Shown here one piece after another: positions 1-11,800 of a stretch of 64,000 nt of DNA. Below the pieces are notes generated by a model that saw only the letters and a list, made by a program, of their open reading frames with translations, was not told the origin of the DNA and did no database searches. Position numbers and translations under genes: made by a program. Origin of the DNA: Amphiscolops sp. MND2022 (taxonomy: Eukaryota); assembly GCA_964187785.1 (NCBI GenBank), contig OZ076413.1, positions 45,076,001 through 45,140,000 on the forward strand, read 5' to 3'. The first letter of the stretch is position 1. Every line of letters starts with the position of its first letter.

Positions 1-819
1 TTACATGACCTACAAGGCTTTTCCAACATGAAAGTAGCAATAACAACTATATACATGTATCAAACCTTTTACAAACTCATATACATGCACACTAATACGC
101 TATAACACGCTGATAGGACGAGTGTCCTACTTGTCCGAATATGTCCTGTGATTTCACGGCTAATGGGTGAAGGAAGAGAGAACATTTTGGCCGTAAGAAT
201 ACCAATTTCGTGGACGAAAAGTAGATTCGAACAATCGTTTCATTTATAAACAGCATCGTGTACAATCCTTCTTTCAAATGGACAAAAGAGTGTCAAATCA
301 AATTGACTACAAAATCCAAACCACATTGAAACTTGTTCCTTAGCTCATCTTCACTGACTTGCAAAGCTTTTTTGTCTATTCGTTGTGCTTTATGTCCATT
401 TTATTTCACAGAACTGTAGTCTTTCTAGTGGCGGAGCTTGCGCGCTCCCGTAGCAAAAGAAGCTTTAGTCCAAAACTGAAAAATCTGAAATAAAAACACC
501 AATGCAAAAAGATCTTTCAGCTGTCAATAGCCGCAATAAACATTATAACCCTCGAAGGTGATTCAATACTGGCAGATGCCACCCAGAAAACCTAGCTCTC
601 GAACTGGTGCTAAAAAATCACGTTTTTTTGTAAAAATACATAGTTGTAAAGTAAAAACCATAGGATCAGAGACGCCGCTATTCCTACAACCGCTAGCAAA
701 CAAGGATTCGTCCTTGTTCCAAGATGTTTTCACAACACTGGAAGCATCCCTGTTCCTGGACGAGGTCCTGCAGTGCTTGCCGGGGACGACAAGCCAGAAG
801 CCCGGAGAGTGGTGTAACT

Positions 820-1365
820 GCATCCTGTGCTCAACGAAATTTTGACACCTATTTTGAAAAATTAGTTCAAAACTGACGTGGCACCCAAGCATGAATTTGG
901 CCAAGTACCTGTCAGCAGAAAGTGTAAAAAGACGGTCGGAGAAGCCGCCCCGCGAGAGTGAACGTGACGAGCATGTAGAAAGACCAGAAAACCACTCAAA
1001 TCAGCAAATCCACGGGAAGGTTAGAATTGGAATTGAACCTCTGCCAAGCTATTGTCTTGGTTCACATACAACATACGGTAAGCTTTTAGAAGAAAGCCGA
1101 GTTTAAAAGCATAATTATTAGAAGGAATAATTGAATTTATCAGGGTGCACTCCAGATAATGTTTTGTGACGGCATCCTGTGATCAACGAAATTTTGACAA
1201 ATTTTGAAATTTTTGTTCAAAAGTGACGTGTCACACAAACATGATTTGGCCAAGTACCTGTTAGCAGAAAAAGTAAAAAGACGGTAGAAGAAGTCATACC
1301 GCGAAAGAGAACCTGACGAACGCGTGCAAATACAGAAAAAACAGCTAGAATTAGCAAAACCGCGG
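820..1365. repeat. Diverged ~195-bp direct duplication (820-1015 and 1172-1365)
   Basis: Both copies start GCATCCTGTG(C/A)TCAACGAAATTTTGAC and share CATGA(A)TTTGGCCAAGTACCTG(T)..GCAGAAA..GTAAAAAGACGGT; probably part of an old non-autonomous element. Confidence 0.75.
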
Positions 1366-2273
1366 TGTTTGTCTGCCGCAATCAGGGTTCTTAAGATTTG
1401 AACCAGATTTGAACCTGAAGACTGTATCCGTGCCCGGGTGCTGTGCTCAGCCCGAGCGCTGGTGCTATGCCGCCCGAATATCCTCAACTTTCGCCGAACT
1501 GGGCTTCGTTATCATAATTTGTGTACTGTTGTTGTGTAATTAATAATCAGCTCGAGGGCTATTTTCTAGTTTGTCGCATTTACTCAGATTCCCGCTGGAG
1601 AAATTCAGTTATCTACGACTTTGTTGGTTTTACAAGCACAAGCTATCTACCTACGCGGTGGGTGGTTGTGAAGAGCAAAAGCACAATGCTCGTGATTCCT
1701 AGCAATTACAGACTGGTATCAGGCCAGAGAGCATCCTTAGAGACGGTTCCCCTCCTCGGGACCGATTATCTTTAGGAGGACAAAATGAGCTGATATCACG
1801 GTGGTTTGTCCCGGACCATATCCATGGTACCAGTTCCTCCACTCCAATGTCACGATATAAGCGCTCAGCGCTTGCTGTTAAATTTAATAATTTGCGTAGA
1901 TTTTATGTTACATATAAGTACAAACATAAATTTAATATAGACCCTGAAAAGGCTTCCCATAAGCACAGAGGCTTTTCGAGGGGAAACTTTTTGAAACAGA
2001 TTTTTGTTTTTTTTTTGTTATTTTCCAGTGTGCAAGAGATTCGATTTTTATTTAACAGTTTCTATCTATCCAGCCAAAACATTCTAATTGTAAATGAGAT
2101 CAATTAATACACCATTACCAAATGTAAAGATCTGCAATTTGGTGGTAGAAATTTTGAGAAAAAATCCTTCCATTTCGCATATCAGTGTGTATCATATATA
2201 AAGTGCGATAGTTAACCGTTAACCGAAAAAGTCTCCAGAAGTTGCGATAACTTTCGGCGTTTGCTGGCGCTAT

Positions 2274-2989
2274 TGTAACGTCTGCCACCGGCATGACCAA
2301 AATTTCGATGAAAAATTCGAAATGTGCGATGTCAAAATAGAAGAAAAAAGATGGCCGACCTGACAGGTACAAAAAGTGTGAAAGAAAAAAGATAACACGC
2401 GGAGAGCGAGCAAGAAAGAGAACACGTGCCGGAGAGACAGCAGAAGAAGATGAAAAAGCAAGAAGATCGAGGAATGTCAGAATGGCGATTATCGGGATGT
2501 TGTGTCATCTCCTACGAAATTCAACAATATCAGATGAAGATTGCCAGAGGCATATTCCGAATTATGGCTTGAAACTGTAAAGTAATTGGGGTTTGTCCCC
2601 GTTTTTCCTTGTTATTTTCAAAATTCCCTTCGATATTTGGAAGATGTTTGACCTTCTAGGTCATTTTATATCTTATTTGCCAAATACTATGTTTTCCAGC
2701 TAAATCACTGTTTTGACCTCGGAAGCATGTAGGAACTCGCAGAAGTACATTAGAAACCTTAGGAACGTTTTTACAGGCTTGTGGGGCGTGTCCGGACTTT
2801 GAGAGTGCCGGCACGTCGCTTCGGAGCTCTAACTAGAGAAGCCTCCTTAGACGTTAGAAAAGTCCCCCTTGGAGACCATTTTGGGATCAAAAACTAGTGT
2901 CTAGGTATGTAGTAAGACAGCGGTCTCCTGTTTAAGCATCCTAGGCATTGTCCCTTTTCCTAGATGTGCGTCGCTAGCCGGTCGTTACA
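2274..2989 (+). repeat. 5' LTR of element 1
   Basis: TG...CA ends with 7-bp terminal inverted repeat; near-identical to 21255-21970 (about 7 substitutions by eye). Confidence 0.97.
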
Positions 2990-3005
2990 TCTGGAATAGT
3001 TTTTA

Positions 3006-3023
3006 TGGCGACCACAGAGGGAT
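3006..3023 (+). promoter_or_regulatory. Putative primer-binding site, tRNA-Arg-like
   Basis: TGGCGACCACAGAGGGAT resembles the complement of a tRNA-Arg 3' end (TGGCGACCACGAAGGGA); it lies 16 nt from the LTR end. Confidence 0.55.
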
Positions 3024-5872
3024 ATTTTTCATATTGCGTACAGGTAGGAGCAACTTCTGCTTTCCGGCCCCGAAGGGTCCAGATCTAGGAAAAGCTCAAG
3101 GGAGGGTCCTAGATTATTTTTATAGCATTTTTCTGGCCCTCTGGGCTTTGTACTAGTGTTATTCCTGCGTTTTCCCCGTGTTTCTGATGTCTACTTAGAG
3201 AAATTAACCGTTCTTAACAGTGTACCCCCTTTTTCCATACTAAAACCTAATAAAAAAGCTATTCCGGCCTATGCGGAACGTGTTTTAAAGGGTTTTCTAG
3301 CTTATTTTCAGCTAATTTGCAATGTATGGGGACAGAGAGGACGAACGCCGAAGGTTCCCACCAGCTGTGATGACGTGGTGACGTCCTACACAACCACTCC
3401 TCCCACGCCCCTGTGATTGCAGTACATCACGTCAGACGGGTGAAATCGTCTATTTTCTTAATTTAACGGCCCAAAAAGAGTATTCCCAGGCCTATCACCA
3501 TTATAACTAACTGAGAAAAATACCCATAGGGTATTCCGATTAGTTGTTAAGAAATTTGAGCTCGAAAACCTCGAAAATAACGTTATTTATAGCTTAATTA
3601 CCGAAATTTTCAATATTGAAAGCAAATATTTTATCAAACAGAATAAGGCCAGTGGGAATACTAGAAAAACGTTCCAAAAGACCCCCTGGGTCAGGAACAA
3701 AAATTTTTGCAGGGCCATTTTTCCAAAAATAGCGAAAAATTCAGCAATTTTTGTTAAAAAATCGTCAAATTTGGCCATTTTGACCCAACTTGACGAGGGC
3801 TAAGCCTTAGACGCTAGCTTCCAAGCTTCTGAATTAGCCCAAAAATCTTTCTCCCCAACTTGGTAGTACGAAACACTACTACCAAGTTGTTTTTAAGGCT
3901 CCCCAATAGAAATTGAAACTTTAATAATTTGTTTCTTTTGATATACATAGACCTGAGCAGAGGACCCCATAGACCTGAGCAATATAACACCAAAAATAAT
4001 AATTGAATGAACCCCAGCCCCTTGAAATAAGTTGTCACACTCTCTCACTATTGGAACAATCCCAAACGCCCAAGAACCGATAAATAAAAATTTCTTGGTG
4101 AAAACACGTTATTTCAGTATTGTTCCGAGAGTGTAAAAAAGGCAACTTGAAAAAGTTTTGATAGACCCTATTTGGAACCTACCAGGTTTCGCTTGCTTAT
4201 TTTCTGTTAGTATATACCCTCACGTTGCAAACGCAGAAAACCGCGAGTAATTCCAACCAGCGGTTGTTGAGAAATTGCCAAAAACGTGACATTTTAGTGA
4301 CAATTTCGGAACATTGGTGTAGTGTTACCAGAGCAGGTCGAAATCTCTCCCAGCAAGAGCAGCTCAAAACGAATTGCACCATCGTGTAGATAGCAAAAAG
4401 TTACGTTAGTGGTGTAATTTTCATTGCGCTAGCGCTGCTAGTCCTCGAGAAATCTTAGCCGCAGTTTTGCTCAAAAAGTGTACGAAATTGTCGAAAAAAT
4501 TGAATTTTAGTTGAGCATAATGCAATACCCTGCAGGTATCCCAGCGCTAAAATTCCCGCATTTTCGTGCGCAAGACACTGGATCACGACGATTCGTGCAA
4601 TTTGAGCAGCCTGCTACTGACCAAAGCTGAGAAATTGACATTTTTGTGAATTTTGACCCGAAAAAGTGGCACCTCAGGTACATAAAGGTTTTGCAACCTC
4701 GAATCGCCAAGTATCAATCCAAGCACCTCGCCGCCATACTTTTCCGTTACGTGGGCACAAGTTACGCTCACATGCAAAATTTCAGGTAGCTAGTACGCCC
4801 AGAAGGCGAGTTTGACTACTTTTTGCGAATTTCGTGACATAGTCAACTTTTCAATGAACATTGCTAAGTGACCGTAACACCCACAGGGTCATTTTCTGTA
4901 CAATCGGCGTTCAATTTCCCACGACTCAGCTAATGTAAAATATGGTGTGAATTTTTCAAGTCGCTACGAGCCCTGGAAGTGATTTTCACCCTTCCCAGAC
5001 GTGCCGATTGACGACAAATTTGCTAATTTCGCGAAAATTGAATAGAGAACAGCCCCCTTCCAGTCCCCAACAACCCATGTAAGGACTTGAAATCAACTCT
5101 TCAATACAAGGAGCACCCCCCACGCTCCCAACAGAGCCGCATCGACTGCCATAGCAGTACTCCCAAAACCTACGGCCTCCAAAGAACTCACTCTGCTGAC
5201 AAAAAAAAATTGGACACCTCAGTACCGAATTTACTAAAAAAGTAAAATAGTATCCCCATTAGCTCAACAGCTTTAATCCAAATCGCCTTCCTAACTAAAC
5301 CCTTTCTTTCGTACCAATCCCCGAATCCTTTTCCAATCCTCCATTCCACTGTACCCGAATCAGAAAATTGAGAAAACTTAGTGAGTGACAAGTTCGTCCA
5401 ATCGAAGAGCGCACAGCGCTTACACCATATTGACCACTACCATTCATCCAAATAATTAGCCACCCATAACACTGATCAAAGCTCTATAGGCTATTCCATT
5501 GCCTATTCCAAAGTAAATTAGCAAATAAAACGTAAATAATCTTTAAACAAAAAAATTTTTTTTTCGTTCCCCTCCACTCAGTGGAGAAAAGAAACGAAGT
5601 TTTCAGTTAAATATTAGTATTTAGAATCAAACTAGCCCTCTTACCAAAGCTAGTCCTAACCTTTTTGTTGACCTCAATTCTGCAGTCGCGCCCTGCCTAT
5701 AGCGACCACATACTTGTAATCTAATAAAAAATTTTGTTTTTGAAAAATCAACACAAATACCTAAAATCATCTTCCATCCTTTCTTTGGAGGGAAGGGTGA
5801 GACAAATAAATTAAAAATTCTTTATTCAAGAATTCCCCTTTTTGTTTACAACCAGAACCCATACGCTAAAAA

Positions 5873-8827
5873 TTGACCAGAATGAACAGGAACCCTCCCA
5901 AAAGTTTCCATGCCACCAATCCATTTGGCAATATAGTAAGAGATGCAACCAGTTGGGAGACTCTTACCAACAGTTCTCCTGAACCTACCATTAGAGACAT
6001 GTTTTTAGAATTCATGTCTGACTACATCCCCAGCACAGATCGAAACACGGAGATGACAACCGCAGCAGAACAGCTCGGTTCGTCGCAAGCTTCCCCTGAC
6101 AGTACTCATCCAGTGGATAGTACAGGAAATACTACGCGAAATAACGCGTGGCCCCCTCTAGAAGTCACTGACTATAGCCTAGGGGAATGGCCCAACTCAA
6201 ATAAAAAACCCCAAAATGAAATAAGTGCTGCCGAAGAAACGGCATCACAAAATAGTAATCACTCAACTCCTGTGGCGGCCCCCCGCACTCCTTTGATTAA
6301 AAAGAACCCGCTGGGTTCCCACGCACTAGATATTAACGCAAATCGAAACGATCAAAACCCCTTTCTAAGCGGATACGCACAAAAAAAAGGGCCATCTACG
6401 GCACCTGCCCAGCCAAACGACGATCAACCAACACAAACGGAAGATAACCCATTGAGGTACGTCTTTAGAACACCTCCATCTAGAAACCTAGATCTTGCCC
6501 CAAGGCGAATGGACAGATTAGACCATACCCCTAATTCCAGAACCAGTATGGAAACGGCCCCTGACTCGACCGTTACGAAAATCACGAAAGAGTCACAAGC
6601 AGTAAGAGAAGAATTTCGAAACAGCCTGGCTCAGCTATCACAAGTACATTCGCGATTGTCACGAGAAAATACTGAGCATGTAATAAGGGCTGATGTCATT
6701 ATGAGAGACATGGATGAGATGAGGAAAGGCCTGCTAGAAATACAGGCCGAAGGGTGTCAAAGCCAAGGAAGACTGGAAGCATCCATGGCTTCTCTCAACG
6801 ACCTAATAAACCAGAGGGAAAGCATAGCAGACACGCGCATGGGCGAAATGTCCGCCGTGATGAAAGAGAGAGACCGTCAAGCAGACGAACGGATGAAAAT
6901 GATGTCAGATCTCATGCAGCGCAGAGAGACCGACGCAAATGCCAGAATGATAGACTTGATGACCACGATGAAGGATTTGACGCTTGGAAAAAGAGCGATG
7001 GCAGCCCAAACTGCAACAACTCAAGCAAAAGTAACGCCAGTGGCGTCGATGACCTCAAATTCAGACGGATACCCCTCCACTAGCGCAGCACCAAACCCAA
7101 CGCACACTGCTTACCGCAAGGTGGCCCATTCCAACGCCGAGCAAGCCAAACCCTTGAAGCTGATACCACCCGCAACCTACAAAAGAGACCTGCCACGAAC
7201 TAACAAAGTGGCAAGAGTGATAACAGAGTCCCGCGACGTGGGCACGGACCCATTAACCAACATCTCATTTGATCCTTTTGCTCGCGGTGCATCAACAACG
7301 GGAGATTATTACTCACCCGCAAGCGGTATGACTACAAGGGAATCAAATTACCATACTGCTAGGACGAACGTCAGCGAAAATTCCCCCAAACAAGCATACC
7401 TAGACTTGATCCCGCGGCCAGTGGCCACAAGTACGCAGCGAAAATCCACAACGAAAAGAAACTTAGAACAAGACAATGACGAAATGGAACAGTCTTCAGA
7501 ATCGCCAAACGCAACGCCAGACACCCCAAGAACTAGCCAACGACAAGCATTGGCGGAGGCGATTTCAACCGCTATGTCCAAAGGCTTGGAACCGCTACTC
7601 GCGGCGAAAGAATCAAAAAATAAATCCACAAAATATCGAGGGACCAAAGACGGAAACGCCGACGGGTGGATGATGCTGATGAAGCGCCACTTGGAGAAGG
7701 CACATACCAGAGCAACTCCTCTCGACAAGGCCTGGACCATAATAGAGTACTTAGAACATGAGGCCCGTGACTACATCACCAACAAATCCGAAGCGGAAAG
7801 AGACACCGATGAAAAAGTCTTTGCATTGCTGGCACGACGATTCGGAACTGGATCAAGCAAGATCCATATACAGCAGCAATTCCGTACACGCAACCAAAGC
7901 AAAGAAGAAGACTACATGCAATATCTCGATGCTCTCGAAGGCCTGCGCAGTCAAGGCTACCCCAACGAAGAGGTTACCGTTCGCAGATATGAGATAAAGC
8001 GAAAATTCATCGAGGGTATACGCAACTTTGAACTCAAAAGGAACCTCGCACTAATGTATGCGCAAGAACAGTACGTTGGAGCACCTCCAACGGTAGAAGC
8101 GCTTCGCTTCACAGTCAAACAATACCTGCGCATGCGTGGTTCTAACCGCTCAGACAACTACCAAATGGCCCAGCCTCAACACCCTCAGCCTCAACACCCT
8201 CAGCCTCTACAACCGAATCAACAACCGAAATTGCCCCAGGCAATTCCACCACCGATACCGCAACCCCAACAAATTCCACCTCCACAACAACCAGCACCCT
8301 ACCGACCACAACCCCAACGAGCATGCTTCAACTGTGGGGACCCATCACACTTCGTAATCGATTGCCCACTCAAAGACCGTGCACGGAAACCGGTACAGCA
8401 ACAAGTAAATTCTTGTCACACCAACACCTCCGGTGGATGGACTTGTCCATCACAACCCCACGGAGTGAACAACGAAGTGTACCCAGCATCCCTACCCATT
8501 CAAGGAACTGTAGCTTTCTGTGTCAATTGTGGGTGTGCCGAACATTCCGCATCGGAATGCATATCCCCAGAATATCCCAGACAAGAAGAACAAACAAGAG
8601 CAGCATGGTATGCACCGCACACCAGTCAGTTCGATGGCGCACCACAGGATGATCAAGTCAGAGTAATCTCGGTAGCAGAGGCCGGAGGCCCTTCCCGTCC
8701 TGTCGTCATTCCTTGCGGCGAAAACAAGTGCTTACCACATTGGAAGCACCCGCCCCCGACTGCACCGAGACACTCATCTCCATACACTTACTTCTCTCGG
8801 CTGAACAAAAAACACGTCCTGAATTGA
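5873..8827 (+). CDS. gag: Gag-like polyprotein: coiled-coil region, capsid-like region, two CCHC zinc knuckles
   Basis: 984-aa ORF; CFNCGDPSHFVIDC and CVNCGCAEHSASEC; capsid-like segment KYRGTKDGNADGW...FRTRNQSKEEDYMQY; first ATG at 5882. Confidence 0.9.
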   Translation: MTRMNRNPPKSFHATNPFGNIVRDATSWETLTNSSPEPTIRDMFLEFMSDYIPSTDRNTEMTTAAEQLGSSQASPDSTHPVDSTGNTTRNNAWPPLEVTDYSLGEWPNSNKKPQNEISAAEETASQNSNHSTPVAAPRTPLIKKNPLGSHALDINANRNDQNPFLSGYAQKKGPSTAPAQPNDDQPTQTEDNPLRYVFRTPPSRNLDLAPRRMDRLDHTPNSRTSMETAPDSTVTKITKESQAVREEFRNSLAQLSQVHSRLSRENTEHVIRADVIMRDMDEMRKGLLEIQAEGCQSQGRLEASMASLNDLINQRESIADTRMGEMSAVMKERDRQADERMKMMSDLMQRRETDANARMIDLMTTMKDLTLGKRAMAAQTATTQAKVTPVASMTSNSDGYPSTSAAPNPTHTAYRKVAHSNAEQAKPLKLIPPATYKRDLPRTNKVARVITESRDVGTDPLTNISFDPFARGASTTGDYYSPASGMTTRESNYHTARTNVSENSPKQAYLDLIPRPVATSTQRKSTTKRNLEQDNDEMEQSSESPNATPDTPRTSQRQALAEAISTAMSKGLEPLLAAKESKNKSTKYRGTKDGNADGWMMLMKRHLEKAHTRATPLDKAWTIIEYLEHEARDYITNKSEAERDTDEKVFALLARRFGTGSSKIHIQQQFRTRNQSKEEDYMQYLDALEGLRSQGYPNEEVTVRRYEIKRKFIEGIRNFELKRNLALMYAQEQYVGAPPTVEALRFTVKQYLRMRGSNRSDNYQMAQPQHPQPQHPQPLQPNQQPKLPQAIPPPIPQPQQIPPPQQPAPYRPQPQRACFNCGDPSHFVIDCPLKDRARKPVQQQVNSCHTNTSGGWTCPSQPHGVNNEVYPASLPIQGTVAFCVNCGCAEHSASECISPEYPRQEEQTRAAWYAPHTSQFDGAPQDDQVRVISVAEAGGPSRPVVIPCGENKCLPHWKHPPPTAPRHSSPYTYFSRLNKKHVLN

Positions 8828-11800
8828 CGCTAGCGCAATTAAAAGAAGAGCTATGCAGAAATGCCAAGTACACTATCGCAGCTCGACCGCTACCGCATTT
8901 CACCCGAGAGGACGAGACAAAATTGGCCCCAATCCAGAAAGTAAAAACAATTTCCCCAGTACCGGTAGCCATTAATGTAGACGGGGTCGACATGAAATTT
9001 GACGCCATCGTAGTAGTAGAAGTTTACTTTCCTCAGGGATTATACTTAGGTCGCCAGGAGTTAAGGTGTTATAACATTGGAGTGCAAGACACTCAAGGGG
9101 AAGCTAGCATCGACGAACGAGCTTCTTTGGTAGTTGCCTTTGGCAGCAACCTCCAGGAGGCCATTCCCTTATTTGGTATGATTGACACGGGTTCTGGTGT
9201 TTCTATCCTCTCCCTTGCAGCGTACCAAAAGATTGCTTCCGCCCAGTCGTTGAGCCTCATGCCGTACGATATCCACTTATACGCAGCAAACGGCAAAACA
9301 ATAACGACGGTCGGCATGGCAGAAAACGTGAATTTCCAATTGGGCGGCCACTCATTGAAGACTAACTTTATCGTCATTGCTGATCACCTAGGGGCTGAAG
9401 ACTTCCTGTTAGGACGCAACTTCTTACGCACCTATAATGTCCTCGTGGACTTGACCGCTATGAGGGTCACCATCAGGGTCCCAAAAACTCCACGCCATTT
9501 CAAACCAATCCATGAGGTTAGTGACCATGAACCTTCCTTAGTAGTGTCCACCGACAAAGTTGTACTAGGACCTTTCGAACGTAAGTTGGTTAGAGCACAA
9601 GTATTCACTCAAGATCCCAATGAATATCGTTTCCGTAGTGTAATGATACGCCCCAGCGGGGTGTACAACCGAAGTTCCTTTGTTTCAGAAGACACCCTAA
9701 CTTCAATGGGAGACGACGGCACGATATACTTGGCCGTAAGAAACAAAACCGCCATCGAAAACCTACAAATTCCTAGTCGAACTTTCCTTGGCAAGGCAGA
9801 GCCTACTGTTTTTAAGTTTAGACCGATTCCGGTCGACCAAACCGATAGAACCTCTATGCCTCTGATAGAACAAGTTAATAATATAAATATTGTTGATCTT
9901 GAGGATACAAGCAGTGAATTCAGTTCTTTCGCACAAAACTTTTTATCGTCTACTGAGTTGTCCGAAGAGGATATGTCGGAAAATGAAAAACGCGCGCAAA
10001 CAGACCCGAACCTATTGAAACCAATACCAGGCCCTGATCTGTCCTCCGTCCTTTCTTTTTGGGGGGAGGGAGCGAGAGATCAATTAGCAGAAGTTTTAAA
10101 CGAGTACGACGACCTCTTTATGAAACATAAGGCCGACATAGGAAAGTGTACGATAGCAAAACATCGTATTGAATTGGAACCAGAAGCTATCCCCCACAGG
10201 GAGGGCGCAAGGCGAATGTCACCAGACAAGGCCGCCAAAGCCAACCAAGAAGTGAGGAACCTCTTAGCATTAGGCTTAATCCAACCTTCCTACTCGCCTT
10301 GGGCTAGTGGAATAGTAATGGTGAAGAAGAAGACAAGTGAACTTCGCTTCTGTTGCGACTTTAGACCGCTAAATGACGTGACAGTAAAAGACGCCTTCCC
10401 CCTTTCCAGAATAGACGAAAGTCTGTCTAGGATAGGTAATGCAAAAATCTTCACAAGCATCGACCTAGCATGGGCCTTTTGGCAAATACCACTGAAGAAA
10501 CGCGACAGAAGGAAAACAGCATTTGCCTGTGAATTGGGTGTGTTTGAATGGCGACGTATGCCCTTCGGGCTATGCAATGCATCCGCCACCTTCCAACGAT
10601 CCATTACAAGAGCACTTCAAAAAATCCAACAAAGACACGGAAGTGTCGTCATGGCCTACATCGACGACATAGTAATTGCAACTGAAACAATCGAAGACCA
10701 CATAATGAGGATTAAAGAAGTATTCGAATGTCTCAGAGAGGCAGGCTTCAAGATGCGAGCGGAAAAATGCGACTTCATGCGCACAGAAACCAAATATCTG
10801 GGACGGATAGTATCAGCCGATGGAATCAAGCCCGACCCAGAAGCAGTGACTAAAATCCAAGAGTGGTTGCCACCAAGAAACAAAGAAGAACTCCAAAGCT
10901 TCTTAGGATTTGCCAACTACTATCGCGATTTTGTCTCATTCCACGCCTCCAAAGTGCAACCCATGCAGGAATTGCTAAAGAAGAATCAACACTTCTGCTG
11001 GGAGGAAAGACATCAAGAAGCCTTCGACTCAGTGAAACAAGCCTTGTCCAATGCCACCACCTTGGCTGCACCAAACGAGCAAGGACGGTTCGTGCTAGAT
11101 ACCGACGCCAGCACGGTAGCTATTGCGGGTATTCTACATCAAGAACAGGAAAACACCGGCAAAACCATCCTGAGACCAATAGTCTACGGTAGCAAATCAC
11201 TGACCAAGACCCAACTGAACTATGGCGCCCCCAAGCTGGAGATGTATGCAGTGTTTTACTTCGTAGAGAAATTCCACTCATACCTAGCAGGTCGAGAGTT
11301 TACGCTTCGCGTAGAAAACCAAGCTCTATCATGGCTCAAAACCTACTCCATGGACCAAGCCATGATTGGCCGTTGGATCGCACGCCTAGACCAATATCAT
11401 TTCAAGACAATTCACAGACCGCGTACGCAACACCGAAATGTCGATGGACTAAGCAAACGCACCAACGACTACATTAATCGCGAACAAATCCTTGAAAAGC
11501 TACCAGAGGTAAGCGAAGGATTCAACTTCATGTCACAAAAAGACTATGATGAACTCCCCACAGTCCCATACATCGACAAACGTGGTCACCTAATCCCAGA
11601 CCACCCTGAACTCCCCCCAGAAGCTCGAGCTCGACTACCTCTGCTATACATCCTTCGGAAGAAACGAAAGAACAATCAGCCTAAAGAACCAACAGGAGAT
11701 ATCCCCTGGTATCCCGAAATTCAATGGGAAACCACACCGATTATGGAAGAGGATGAGCGACCCAATCGAATCTTGAGCATAACCACAAGAGTGCCTCCGG

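Noticed and set aside
426..452. Helitron 3' end on - strand (GGAGC..GCTCC hairpin then CTAG)
   Set aside because: Next base is A rather than T and no matching 5' TC end was found
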